Source of the DNA: Atractiella rhizophila
Taxonomy: Eukaryota
Direction: 5' to 3'
Assembly (NCBI GenBank): GCA_021432655.1
Contig: MU271290.1
Location: 62,001-105,987 of the forward strand
Length of the DNA: 43,987 nt
In this document: piece after piece, positions 23,506-37,300 of the stretch
Layout: each line of letters opens with the position of its first letter
Position numbering within the stretch: the stretch's first letter is position 1
Translations under genes and position numbers: made by a program
Notes under the pieces: model-generated
Databases searched by the model: none
What the model was told of the DNA's origin: nothing
The model's input: the letters and a program-made list of their open reading frames with translations, nothing else

Positions 23506-24355
23506 TCACTTTTTCTCGACCAATTCTGCTGCCCCGCCTTCCTTCACTTCTCCCTTGGAACTGTCTTCTACCTCTTCCTTCTCAACTTGGCGTTCCTCCA
23601 CGTCCTCAGTTTGCGTCTCCTTCTCCTCCCCAATCCCTTCTTCCCCGTCTTTCTTGCCCTCTTCTTCCTCCTTCACCGTGGCTTCCACCAACCTGTGTGA
23701 AGTTCAGCTCTCTGTTCAATTGGCTACCTAAAGGCAAATCTTACTTTACCCAGGGACCGTGCACGACTCCCACCTTTTCATCCACATGTGAGAGGCGAGT
23801 TCAGCGAACGAGGGATGAAGGACTCACTCCAGCCCCTACGAGTAGACCCAACGCTGTCGTTGGAATCGCAACAATGCCACCTAAAAGGGAACCAACTGCG
23901 GCACCTAATCCACCCGCGATTCCAGCTCCAATACCAGCTCCTCCTCCGGCCCCTTGGACCACGCCGGTTTGGGCTCGATGTACCTGCTTAATGAGGCTCT
24001 TCGCTTTCTTCTCCTTCTCTTGCGCCTGAAACCTCAGCTTGGCTGCCTCCTTGGGATCGGAAGAGGACTCCGCCTGCTTCTGCAGCTCAAGAGATTCTTC
24101 GTGCAGCTTCTTGGACTCTTCAAGTTTCCCAGCCAGAGTCTCGACGAGCTGTTCTTTGTAAGAGGAACCTCCTTGGAGCACCCTCGCTACTTCTTCATCT
24201 GTCGCCTTCCCTTCTTCCACCTTCTGGCAGAGCTCAGGAGGAGGGGACGCGGCGTCTTTGGGAGGAGGAGCCGACGAAGCTGGAGCCTGCAGTTGCTCCG
24301 ACAGTTGCGATTTTATTTGTTCTCGATCTGTCGCTGACATTTCGCTGATGACCAT
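23506..24355 (-). CDS. Fungal hypothetical protein with a coiled coil, a glycine-zipper-like hydrophobic segment and an acidic tail (3 exons)
   Basis: ..GAGIGAGIAGGLGAAVGSLLGGIVAIPTTALGLLVGAG / VGVVHGPWVK / LVEATVKEEEEG.. joined by GTGAGT..AAG and GTAAGA..CAG introns. The start could be 24355 or 24340. Confidence 0.8.
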
Positions 24356-25175
24356 CGGATTTGTTTGAGCCCTCCTCCCAGTTGGAAAGAGCTTTTGTAC
24401 GTCTCAGCGCCGCCATCCTGCCAATTCATCATCGAGCAACGACGTCATGATTCCACTGACGGCAGGAGAGCGTCAATATTCGAATGTCACTCAATGAGCG
24501 TACAGATTGCAGAGGTGCCACTGCGCTGGGACTATTGATGCCATCTACCAGGCATCTACTGTGCTTTTCCTCAAGCCAACTTGCTTGCTTGGCAACTTTG
24601 CACACCTATATGATGGCTTACTATAACGGCGTCTTCTTAGAAAGATGATCAGTCAGCGACGCCAGGCAATTTCAGAATTGACCGTGTCACGATAGTAAGA
24701 AAGGAGGTTGACATGAGAAAATAGACAAATAGACGACGGAGCAGCAATCCTGAGGTGACGGTACACCGTTGCTCAAGCTTCTAAGGCGTTGGTAGGACTT
24801 TGTTTTATATCAAGGTATAAAGACTGCTTTGGATATTTAGTGAACATAGATGACAGAAAGCATATCATTGAATAATACCGACAGAAAGGTACAAACTACG
24901 TAATGAGAAAGAGGCGAAGTGTTTATGAAAACAATGTATCCTCAAAGTCTGCCAGAGATGGTGAAGAAGGGACAGGGGAGAGACCGTCTGCAGAGTCTGG
25001 CGTGGGAGTGCAGGAGTGCTGCGAAAATGTCAGCAGTAAAATAGAACATACTAGGACCTACCCTCGAAAACTTCAGGCGATCGGTTTCTCGCTCATAATC
25101 TTCTAAATCGACCGTGTGTCTTGCACTGATGAATCCCCAGTATTTCCAAATAGCGATAACCCTGAAATCGGAGTC

Positions 25176-27534
25176 TTAAATGAGTTTTTCAAGTGGAAAC
25201 AAACTGCCGCACCGTCTCATCCTTTCCTTGTAAATGGGAAATCGCTCTTCAAAATGTGCCAGATATCCCCATTTTCCAGGGAGCCATTCAAAGACCTGAA
25301 CGAGACCTGCGTGATTATGCAGCGAGCTGTCCATTAAAGAGGAGCCATCTCTTTCGTAACGAGAAAGGATGAACTCCCACAAAGTGAGATTGAGTTGAAT
25401 CTGTCGATCTGCCGCCTGAAGGAGAGCGGCGTGGAGTGAATGGATTCTTTCTGATGGGAAGTGTTGAGTGGTATACTGCACCATAGATAGAAGGCGAAAA
25501 ACATTTTTGGACTCTTCAACTTGGATCAAGCGAGTAGCACTGAGCATTTCGTTGCCCCTGGGACCCATCAAGTATGGGTCGTTTGTTGACGTTCCTTTGG
25601 ACTCGGCAGGGTTGAGGCTCCCTTGCGTTGCTTCGAGAGCGGCGGGGGAAAGTGAGAAATTCTCCTCTCGCCACGTACGAAAGCGAGAAAGAAGATCGAA
25701 AATTCGAAGGCATGAGTCCTCAGCTGAATTTCCAGCCGTACTCTGTTCCAGATCCACGACTGGAGCTGAAACGCGCACACCTATTTCAAGTCTCGGCATG
25801 AGGGTAAAATAGCGGCGCATGAAATGCATACGGATGATAGTAATCTGTCGAGAAATGCAGTAGACCCATCTTTCTCAGCCGTCAGTGACAACATTTTCAT
25901 GGGTACAGTAGTGGTACCCACCGAAAATATGTGTCAAGGAACTCCATAGGTTCTATTGGAGGATCCAGGACTTCAACAAAAAAATGCCAGGGAACGTAGT
26001 ATGGTCTGGGATCGAGGCCGACTGGCTCGAAAATGGATACGATCTTGTGGTCGCTGCTGTTTATTCGTTGTCCACGATATCTGCAAATGTCAGATGGAGT
26101 AAAAAGAAAGGGGCTCACAAGCATGGTATTTCCCCCAGAGAACCTTCTCGTTTGCTCTGACGTTCGCTGAAACTAACATCGCGTATCTGACCGTCGGCGC
26201 AGCCAAATTGTACAATGAGGAAACCATTGCATGAAAGAACGGAATTGCTTACATAGATCTGATCGAACCATCGGAGCACGAACTTCCTCCTCTCCTCCTT
26301 CTCTTTAATATTTCGACAAAGTGAAGTAAACTGGTTGACGGAGATATGTAAGACGTGCCCAATGAGCGCCATTGCCTCAGGAAGACGGATGTTCCGATGG
26401 ATCGTGAGGATGGAGAGCGTGAGGGTAAAGTTCTGAAGTGTTGGTTGTGTCAACGTATTGCTCAGCAGCGCCAACGAAAGGCTCTGCTTTGCTATATTCC
26501 ACAATGCTGATCCTCTCGCCTGACCATAGGGTCGAAGGTCGGCCAGATTGTCGCTTAGAGTCTCAGACGGTCTTGTCACGAAAGAGGATCTACCGATGAT
26601 AGCCTATCCCCAGTAAGCTTTTACTCGAACTGGGAGGAATTATTTACTTACCGGGTGGGCGGAAACAAACGATCCGTGGTAGAGAATAAGCATGATCCAT
26701 ATCTAGCTCTCCATTTCAGCCAACAGCAAGGAGTGATCAGTGGGAAAATCCACCTCGGAATGTTCACCTAACATGTGTTCACCGTTCAAGAGGTGAAGCC
26801 AGGAAGTCCATTCCGTGGGCACAATAACGCCAGCAGCTCTCCTAAGCAAGCTCCCAACATTAGATGCTCCGCCTGGAGCAAGAGATAAAGATTATCTTGT
26901 AATACTAATAGCTAGAAGGGAATAAATGCGTACGTTGAAGTAGATCGATGCGCAATTGAGTGGCCACCTGCATATTATCGAGTCGAGAACAGGTCGAGCT
27001 TGAAAGAATGTCGACAGCGCGTAAAATACGACTCGATACCCAGTCGTTTGCTTGCATCCATTCGTCCGGAGGGGCCCTCACGCGTCTGATTGTTAACGGG
27101 CCACATTTCAGAACCTCAAAACTTACTGAGTTATGGTAGAAACTGGTTTCTGGCGTGGAATAACAGCCTTTGACTTTAGACCTGTCACTGGCTTTCTGCC
27201 AGCGGTGCCACGCTTTTTTCCCTTCTTCGCGTCTCTGGCATCCAGCTGTCGTAGATCCTTGAGCAGTTGGCGAGAGGAAGTATAACCTTTCTGCCTTTCC
27301 AAAGTCTCGATTTTCCACCTACATTCTGTCTCTGAGGCAATGTACAAGGGATCGAATAAAGATTACCTACTGTTTTGAAGCTTTGATATTTAGCCCACTA
27401 CGATACGAAAATGTGCACGAAATCCCCATCTCATCGCAGCGACCGCAGTTCATAGTCGTAGACGTCCCCCTCTCACATGCTGCCCCAGACAGCCTGCAAG
27501 ACTCGCATTGGAGGTCTCCGAAGCTCGTGGACAT
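25176..27534 (-). CDS. Zn(II)2Cys6 fungal transcription factor, multi-exon
   Basis: The first exon, missing from the ORF track, reads MSTSFGDLQCESCRLSGAACERGTSTTMNCGRCDEMGISCTF (C-x2-C-x6-C-x9-C-x2-C-x6-C). It is followed by same-strand helical exons down to the stop at 25176. Internal exon structure is not fully resolved. Confidence 0.78.
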
Positions 27535-27739
27535 CGGTACAGTGCGTTTGCTTCTTGGTACCTACTTATTGGAGGTCTACGATGTCTAAATCAGCCAACA
27601 CCTTCATACCCGCACACAGACAAGACCGTTCGTTGCAGTCTCTGAAGCCAGTCAGCTCCAGATCTCTATCTCTTTCCACTAGAAATCCCGATCCTTCCTG
27701 GTTGCTTGTCTAAAGACTATAAATTTAACCACCACAAGA

Positions 27740-28249
27740 ATGTCTCTGTCCATTATTGTAAGCTCAACAGGCTTTAAAATCCACACTTTGCTTCTGTGAT
27801 TCTCGATCCCGACTTTCGGGTCAAGGTCGTCAAGGCCTTAATATATCTGAAGACTGTGTGCTACAGCATGGGCGGCATTTGGACAGGCTATGTACAAGTG
27901 CGACGCATTGAGACGAAGGCACTCACCAACTTCATCCTAAGCAACAGCACTCCAGAGCTTTCTTCTTTTAGTACTCTCACTGATTGAACACAACCGCAGC
28001 CCCTTCCAGAAGGGAAAGCCTGCCGACTGCCTATTCTCGATCGTCTTTGGAGTATTATTCGGTGTGGTTCGTGCAGCGTCGTCGTTCTGGGGAGAATGTG
28101 AGGTGCAAGATGTACACGGAATCTGCGGGAGTGGAGCGACCAAAATGGACTCAGGCTGTTCGCAGGGCGGTTCACATCAACAAGGTCGGTTTGCAATTCA
28201 GAGCCGTTCATTCCGATCGCCCCGTTCTTATTGGATGGTACCAGTCTGA
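27740..28249 (+). other. Possible small spliced gene divergent from the transcription factor
   Basis: TATAAA at 27718, ATG at 27740, a GTAAGC donor at 27758, and a hydrophobic coding-like stretch PADCLFSIVFGVLFGVVRAASSFWG near 28020. No consistent exon chain was established. Confidence 0.25.
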
Positions 28250-28321
28250 GATCTTTGGACATTGGGTGACGAGCAAGGTTGAAGTCATTTACAGCATAAA
28301 AACATTACACTCATCATCGCG

Positions 28322-28375
28322 GCATCAAAATCTCAGAACATCTTCTCTGCATCAAAATCTCAGAACATCTTCTCT
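28322..28375. repeat. Perfect 27-bp tandem repeat, 2 copies, just downstream of the FAS stop
   Basis: GCATCAAAATCTCAGAACATCTTCTCT at 28322-28348 and 28349-28375. Confidence 0.95.
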
Positions 28376-28384
28376 GTGTAACCT

Positions 28385-31300
28385 CTAACCACGCTTCGCA
28401 ATTGCAAAAGCCAAAACTGTCGTCTCAGCGTGGCTGAGTGAAACCTGCACTTCCTTGATTCCCTTCTCATTTGCAACCTTTGCTGCGTCACCATGAAGCC
28501 TGACCGTAGGACCAGTAGACGAGTGCACGATTTCAATATCCTTCATAGCGGCCCCGGCTCCCTTTGAGGACGTTTTAAGAGACTTAAAGACAGCCTCCTT
28601 GGCAGCCCAGCGAGCGGCGAGACTGTAGATGGTCGTCAACAAGGCAGTTAAGGGGAGAAGAATGAACTCACCTCGCTTGACGATCCGGTGCCGACTTGCA
28701 ATATTCGAGCTCCCCTTGAGTAAAGTTCCTCTCCAAGAAGACTTGATTGTCGGCAGGAACAGCAGTCACGAGTTCAACGTCTGTTCCGATACCATACACA
28801 CCATTCGCTCCATCCTCCTTCAGTTGGAGGTTCTGCACAAGATCCTCTCCAGCTTCAGCAACTTTGTGAGAAGGAACGGTCTTTGGGAAAGTCAGGTCTC
28901 CTTTGGCATCCTTGGTAACGCGAACGAGAGGGTTAAGGAGCACAGGGGTTTCCAAATCATCTCCGAAAGGTGGAGCATCCTTGATCTTGACGAGATTGCC
29001 TTTGGTAAACATGTCGTTGAACTGGCGGTAGGCCAGTCTGGCGCGCACGCCTCTCTTAGACTTGTATTCTTCGTAAGCTTCGGGCTGCAAGGTTGCGAGG
29101 AGGTGATCAGGGTGAATGAAGGCAGTAATTCCCCCTGCGTAACCATTTAGCTGCCATCAAAGATCAGGTGTCAACATACCAACTTGCCCGAATCCAAAGC
29201 TGGTGAGAAGACCAGCCTTGAGGCCATCCGTCTTGACAGTCTTTGATGGATAGACTAGAAATTCAAATTGACGCATTTCCTTCGAGATGTTGTCTGCGTT
29301 CCTGTTTCCAGGGATGACGCCTTCCTTCAACACTTGGAGGAGACCATCTAAAAGCGGGTTAGGCTGGCTGCACGTTGATCAGACATGAAAGCGACGCACT
29401 CATCTGCCAGGATGCAGCACCTCCCTTCGGGTGACCGGTCAACCATTTTTGAGCAATGACGGGACAGATGTTGCCGGGAGTGCGACCAAGATGCTTCATC
29501 TGCAAGTTATGAGCAGCGCTTTCATTCTTGTCGTTGGCAGCAGTGCTGGTTCCATGGAAGGAGGCCACTCCAATGTCGTCCATGCTATTCGGCAGATATT
29601 GAGGACAAGTCATAAAGAAAGGATAAAAGGAGCTTACGTCAAGTCCCAGACAGCCAAAGCTCTCCTCAAAGGAGATATAGAGGTATCATAACCTTCGAGC
29701 ATGCCATAAACTGCTAGGGCTTCGGACTCCTGTCTCTTCGCTTCTGTTTCGATATCGGCCATCTTCTGTGCGATATATTCCCTATCAACTTCGCTCTCAG
29801 CCACGGAGATCTCGTCCTTGAGCAATGACGTTTCGTGGTTGAGCCACTATAAATACCATCAGTGAAAGGCTTAGGCAGAACAAAAGGCTTTGCACCTCTC
29901 CAATTTGCCTCCTTCTGAACTCTAGTTGGCGTCTTCGGTAAGAGAGCTGTAGGATCTGCGACGAATATTTCGCTGGAGCCTCCCTGGCACTACCCAAGAC
30001 TCCTTTTCCAGGTCTGTAAAACAGGATGAGCGTTGTGGAGCAGGTGAAAGAAGCAGACAAACGCAGGAATGCTTCGTCCCGCCTTGTCAGTAGCAGTAGC
30101 GGTATAAGCAACGACTCCATGAATCGTGCATCCCATCTTGATAGCAGTAGAAGCAGACATCACGATCTGAACACCACATCCCTGAGATTCCATGAAACCG
30201 GCACGCGTCGACGTTGTAGGTCGAGAGAATTCAGTAGGCTCACGTCCAGCCGCAAACTCGGTGACAGCATTGGAAGTAGCCTTCATTTGAGCAAACTCAT
30301 AGGAACCCTCCTCCTGCAGAAACTGTTAATGAGACCGTCGCAGCAATGATGTGAGCTTACGCAGAAGTCATCGAAACCACCAGCGACCATAACCTTGGCT
30401 TTACCGCTCAGAATGGTATCGCAGGCAATCTCCATAGACTGAAGAGCCGTAGCGCAGGCACCAACAGGAATCTTGACGGGACCACTAGATGACACTAAAC
30501 ACGGCGTTAGGAAGATCGATCGAGAGACGGAAGCGGCTTACGAAGCAACAAGTTGACCCAACCCGCGGTAGTGTTAATGAAGGTTTCCTGTAGGACATCG
30601 TTCTGGACATCGGCTTCCTCGCGACGGTCTTTGAACATCTTTTGCATGCTCGTCATACCGCTATTCCACCGTCAGCACAAGTAAAACAATCGAAAGAACA
30701 ATATTTACCCCATCCCAGATCCCAAACAAGTACCAAGTTCCGTCGTATGAACATACTTGTAGAACTCATAAGGGTCGGTGACTCCAGCCATGAGCAAGGC
30801 CTCTGAGACAGCCACCAAAGCCCATAGAGTGGCTCGATCGGTTTGTGCAGCAATATCATCAGGGATTCCGAATGCCTTAGGATTCCATCCAGTCGGAACT
30901 ATGACAATGCTTAATTCAGTTCTGTTAGGAGAACAAAAGCTTACTTTGGCCTGCAACGAGACGGTCAAATTTGGAAGCCTTGGGAACGACAATCTTGGCC
31001 CCTTTCTTGAGCTTAGCGAAGAACCTCTCTCCCTCGACGTAGATGTCCACCTTGTCGCCGTGCTGGAGTTTGAATTTTTCCGCGTCTTCAGCAGAAGTTT
31101 CAATGGGTTCGAGGTCGTGATTCAACTCAATCTCTTGAAGCCATCCCTTCTTCAGAGGATCGTATCCACGGTTGATTTCAGGTTCTGACACAGACGTGAG
31201 CAAAGGTAAAGAAAGATGAAGAAAAATCGCACCAATCAGTCTAATACCGCTGTGATCCAAGATGTGTTTTTCATATTTAGAGCGCACATCTTTGTCGTCC

Positions 31301-34300
31301 ACAGGTTCTCCCGACTTGGCATCTACCCATCCTACATACGCCTTTCCATCCTTCAATCTCCCATCTAGGTGTTTGATAAGACCCGTAACATATGCAAGCT
31401 CGAGAGTTCCCTCAATAGAGAGCTGACCATCCTTCTCCATCTCCCAGCGAGTTCGGGAACTTCCCCAAGGGCCAACCTCGGCGTAACCAGCGACAACGAT
31501 GACCTTGTCGAGATCGATGAGTCCACGAAGTTTGGAAAGCTCCTCAAGATCTCGAATGTTCTTCAGCTCGGGCCATGGCAGCTGGAAGTTCGCTCGTGGA
31601 AGAACCGTCACATCGTGATGGATAGCCTCAGCCTCAACGCCGTTAACGGTCTTAAAATCTGCGCTATTATCCATGGCAATGGCCTTTCGGATGGTAGCAG
31701 TCATCTGGATGTCGGTACGGATCTTCGTAGTGATTGCAGCGAGGTCCGATAGCTTGTCCATCCCACCGTTCAAATCGGCCCACACTATGCAGCTCTAAGT
31801 AAATGGCCATCAACGGGGAAGAGAAAGGAGCCTACCTGGTTCGATCTGAGCCACGTCGAAAAGAAGCGGGTGCATCAGCCCAAGGATGTTGAAAGCCATT
31901 TCCTTTGCCGAAAAGGTTCGACAACCGTAACTCTCGACTCCTTCAGAAATTTGAGCGGTAGGGCCCATGAGACCAGTGCCTCGAGTCCATCCTGTGTGTC
32001 GTACATGTCAAATCAAGTGCCAGAGACCTCAGAGATACACACCTATCACCGCGCCCGAAACGCAGAGGTATTCTCCCCAGCTTTCAGAACTCCATCGAGA
32101 GAAAAGAGTTTCCAAAGAAATCTTCGACTCGCTGTAGAGACCATCGTTGCCGAAGAGACCATGGTTGGGAGAGAGCGGGAGTACGACTTGGGTAGGACGA
32201 GTGACCAAGCCAGCTGCTGCCTTCTTAGCCTTCACAGCTCCCATAAGCCTCAGAAGATTGGTTAACATGATCTAAAGGCGGAATGTCAGTTTATAAGATG
32301 CAGAAAGGAAGTCCATACACGATGCGCCAATTCAGACCTATCATCCAGCCCATCAATCTCCCTACCATTCTCAGGCAGAGCAGCGAAAGGGCAGATATAG
32401 TCCAGATCCATCCCAAGACCCTTGTCGTGGGAGTAAATATAATCCACGAGAGCGTCTACGTCTTGCTTTGATCCTTGGTTGAAAGGCACAACCGTCAAAC
32501 TCGATCCCGTACTTCCACATTCGTGGAAAATGGATTGATAGTATTCGACAGTCGCACGGCTGTAGCGTGAAGTTGTAACTACGACGTGAGCTCCTCCCGC
32601 CAGCAAACCCTTCAGGATCTCGACACCGATTGAGCCCTTGCCCACACCGGTGAGAAGGGCATTCTTGTGTTCGAAGGAAACTCCAGCTGTCGCGATTTCC
32701 TTGAGCACATCAAGGTAGAGAGTCCTGCGAGAAGTCAGTAAAAAACACTATTAGAGCAATGACTGCGTACGTCAACTTGCTAGAGTACTGCCAGTTTGGT
32801 CCAACCTTTCGCTTCAAGTGCAGGAGAGGAATCTTGTCCTCCGCCACGGCTGTGGGTCGATCGATGGAGTTGGGTCTCAAGAACTGATTCGAGGGGCGAC
32901 GATTTCGAGCTGGCGACCGACCACGGCCTTGAGGAGCTGTCGCCGGCGTCTGGAGGGATCGCACCACCTCCCCATATAGGGAACGGATGGAGTTCACTGC
33001 ATTAATCGTCAGCTGTATTACTCACGACAGGGAATACGTGCTGTGAGTCTTAGAGATCGTGGGCTGAGCCTTGACAAGGCGATAAAGGTTTTGTATCTGC
33101 TCCTGTACCTTCTCAAGCTATTCTCCCACGACGTCAGAGCGAGAAACAAACGGGAAGGCAAATAACGAACGTTGACGCTCGGTGGCGCTTCGATTCCAGC
33201 TGCCATTTCTGCAACGTATTTCTCTAAACGAGATACTCCTTCACGGTTCACCTCCTCAACGACGATATCTCCTTTGGCCGTAATGGTAGTCTTGGGAGCA
33301 GTTGGGAAAGTGACATCTCGGTAGAGTGGGGGCTGGCCCAAGTTCTCACGACAATTGTCCAGAAGTTGTTGGCCGAATTGCCGGGCTAGGCGATAGGTTT
33401 CCCCCCTTTCGATTGGAGTCTTATTTTTGACGTAGTACTCCATGACATCGAGCTTTCGATACGATTAGACGAGACGATCAAACGCTGAGGGGAGAGACGC
33501 ACAAGCTTAGAATCAACCCTATTGAGTATAACCAGACAGCGGGCCGTCACGTCTCGATCAACGGTGGTCAGCTTGCCAAAAATGATATCGAAGAACATGG
33601 TCATGGCATCTTGTAAAACCCAATTCCAACTCGAGTCGAAATGACGAGCCTTCAGAGGAGTAAAAATTGGTTGTATTCCGTTGACATACTCGTCACCGTG
33701 CTCACCTAGGCATCCATGAGCAATATAGCCTTACAATAGGAAGGAGAAGACGCACGAGAGACAGCATCCAGCCTATCTTGCAAGATGTCCATCTCAACCT
33801 TCCCAGCAGCCGCGAGCGTGAAACCTTCTCTTGAATCCTTTTTCAGGTAGCGCATCAAGACCTCGATCTGTCTGGCAACGAATTCGTGTTGGGAGGCTGT
33901 GAACGCCTCGAAGGCGGCATTATCGATCATCGCTCCTCCTACTCCGCCAGCAGCTCCGCCTCCGCCACCAGGAGAGAGGGAAAGGCCTTGAGAGCTTCCA
34001 TAAGCCTGAGCAACGCTATCAAGCCATCCTTGAGCCTCTCCTTCGGAACCTAGACGTTTCGCAGGCTCCATCGTAAGACCAATAAGCAGAGCGCCATCCT
34101 GCCTCCCGGTAGCCAAGCCCCACTTCTTGGAGAGATATCCTCGAACGCTCGACATACCAAACCCTCCAGGCATCTTCGAATTGATCAAGCGAGAGATGAG
34201 CCCGTTGGTGTGCTTCCCGAGCTGGCCATTGTATCCAACGCTGAGGGCAGCACCCATCTCGTCGAGGGGGAGCTCTTCTGCTTTCTCGGGAGCGGCTCCA

Positions 34301-37300
34301 AACTCAGCACCCAGATCTCCAAGGATTTCATTCTAGCTACTCATCAGTTTCGTAAAGATCAGTGGGAGGAAGAGACAGACCTGAAGGTCGACTTTCCGTT
34401 GACGAACTCCTTGATATTCTTGCTCAACGAAATTTCGGAGACTCCTTTCTTCAACTTCTGAGCAATGACGACTCTGACAACGTCAACCGCCTTAATAGGT
34501 TCATCAGGAACTTCCGCCGTAGGACCAGCAGCAGCGACAGGGGCCGGAGCAGCCACGGGAGTAGGAGCGGCAGCAGGGGCAGGAGCCGCGTCGGCAGTCT
34601 CAGGAGCACCTGGAGCGGGTGCTTCTTCCACCTCGTCCTCGAACTGATAGTAGATTTCTTTCGTATGTTTCGCCACACAGTAGATGCTCCTGACTTTATT
34701 GATTGCCTGGTCCTTCTTCTCGTAGAGAGCTTTCAGCGTCCTCTGTGCCATGCCTGCAAGAGTCGGGGAGGGACCAATCTCGATCATCCTCTCGAAGTTG
34801 TAATTCTTGAAAAGGAGATCTTGAGTCTCGATCCAACGGACGGGAGAGGCGAATTGGTATGAGAGACACTCGATAAGGATGATATATCCGAGCTTAGACT
34901 TCATCTCGGCTGAACCCCAATTCTCTGCGTCCCATTTCTTCAACACCTTTTCGATACGACTATTCCCAACGAACATTAGGTACACCATTGATTTAAACAA
35001 GAGAGATGCGCACGGAGAGTTTGTCTGGTCATAAATCTTGACTGCATACTCCTTCGTAATCTCAAACGGCTCAGCGATGAGATTAGGCACGTATTTCCCA
35101 ATGAGGAGGTCGAAGTCGACGCGCTCAGGGTTGACTTTCTTCGCCAAATGAGTGCGGAAAGGTAGTACACCGGCCCAGAGGTATCGGGAATGGAAGGGTA
35201 CATCGACTGTTACGTCGGTGCATCAATATCGTGGCTTCTTCTCTGAACAGGAAAGGCATTGACGTACTTCCAGGTAAAGGAATGGTCGCGATACCACGCT
35301 CAAGCGTCAGGTATCCTCCCTGCTTCACCTTAAGCTCCTTCGCAGCCTCAAAACAGCCGTCGATGATCTCGCCCAACTTCTCCTTCACCTCTTCCACGCT
35401 CATGGTCTTCAACAATTTCTGAAGGTCTATCTTCTGGAATTTGAGGAGATTAAGGACGTTCCTGTATCACCATTAAGCCTCGATCGGTATACTCAGGAAA
35501 GGAGGGACGAACGTAAGCGTTTGCAATCCAAGCAGCTCGCCAGCAACCACATATTGCTGTCCAGCCACGTTCAGGTTGACAATCTGCACCAGCACGTCAC
35601 ACCTCGAGGAGATGGTATCGACGACCTCCCGCAATGCGTAATCGGTGAAGCTGGGTCCAACACGAGAAGGGTTTACCGCGCACATTGCGTAATTGGATCG
35701 ATTAAGATGGTCTCGTTCGACGGCACGCTGCATCGTAATACCTCGATAGAAGACGATGTCTGTCGTCCACCAAAATCATTGTTCGCCCATGAAGGGGAAT
35801 GGTTGACTTACCGACTAAGCGGCAATCGGGAAAATGTTTGCAATACTAGCAAGAGCGGAATACTCTCCCAAAGAATGTCCAGCGAAGGGGCAGTTTTGCT
35901 GCACCAATCCCTTGGCACGCATATCCTCAAAGCTCGCTTTCTCCGTGATTGTCAGCGCGATTTGGGCGAATTGAGTGGCGTAAAGGAGACCGGTGGGCGA
36001 GGAGAAGGTGTAACGTGAGGTGCGAAGGGAGATGTCACCAAAGAGAGGAAGGGTGCGGACGTTGCCTTCTTTGTCGGCTGTTCCATCCCATTCCATTTTG
36101 TTAGCAATAACGAAGGGGTTCCGTTAGCGAAAGGACGAACTGGTTGTGTAGCTCATCTCCATATACCTCTGCCTAATAGCCTGACCTTTCAAACCTCCAA
36201 AATGAATCGTCTTCTCTTTCGGGTTGTTCCTCACCTATCCACAAATAAGAATTAATGCCTTCTGTTTCAATGATATCGAAGAGGCAAAGACTTACGATAT
36301 CAATGATGCTGAATCCATAAACCTCACCCAGATGTCTATCGGCTTCATCCCACACACTCCTTGCGACCTCACTCTCCGCATACAAAGCCATACCCATCCC
36401 AACCTCCTGACTTCCCTGCCCAGTAAAAACATAGGCGGTCGGAGGCTGCTCGACCTCCGCCTGTCCCTCCAAAAGCTTTTCTCCCGTCTCCTGATTCTGC
36501 GTGACGACGCTGATGATCTGTCGTCCATGGATCTGTCCGATATGTTTGAGAGTGGTGCTGAGAGGAGTCGAAGGCAGGCACATGGAGAGGAAGGAGACGT
36601 TGTAGGACACGACACGGGACGGGTCACCTTCTGCTGCGACGCGTTCGATCCATGCGCGGGTGGAGGCAGAGTTCGCCATGCCGTGAGTGATGGTGCCTGG
36701 TAGACCAGCGAGGGAGGCGAAGAGCGGGTTGCAGTGAATCCTTTCATCCCACGTCGCGTCAGATAATTATTACTTACTCCATGGCAAAAAACTCACGGAT
36801 TCCAGTCGCCCGAGATCCTGGAGTAGTCCTCATTAGAAGCTGGAGAAGCGCCAACACATTGTCCCTCCTTGGTCAACGTGTATCCACCTCCCTCAAAAAG
36901 AACCGGCTTCTCCAATTCCTCTCCCTTTCTCTTCAAATAATCCAACACCGGGTTTCCCTTGCTCCTTCCCTCTTCCTCATATTCAATTCTCGCAACCACC
37001 ACATCGTCTCTTCCATCCGGGCCGACGATGGTGGCTTCTCCCTTGACCTCCACTCTAGAATAAGAGGAAGAGTCGGCGTATACATAAGAGGAGGAAGTGC
37101 GGAAAGTGAGCTTGGAGCCTTCCTTGAGCGGCTGGGAGGGATCAAGCCAGGTGAACCACTGTTTGGAGTTCAAGACTGCGAGTTCGGGCTTCGTAGAGAT
37201 GAGGACGGAGTATTTGGGGTCTTCGACCCTCTTGAAAGTGCGCGCGTAGTCGGAGAAGGAGCCGCGGATGAAGAATTCGGACTCGACTTCGAGCACAGGC

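Noticed and set aside
23056..24337. Plus-strand ORFs of 127-214 aa
   Set aside because: Antisense shadows of the low-complexity Glu/Lys-rich minus-strand gene.
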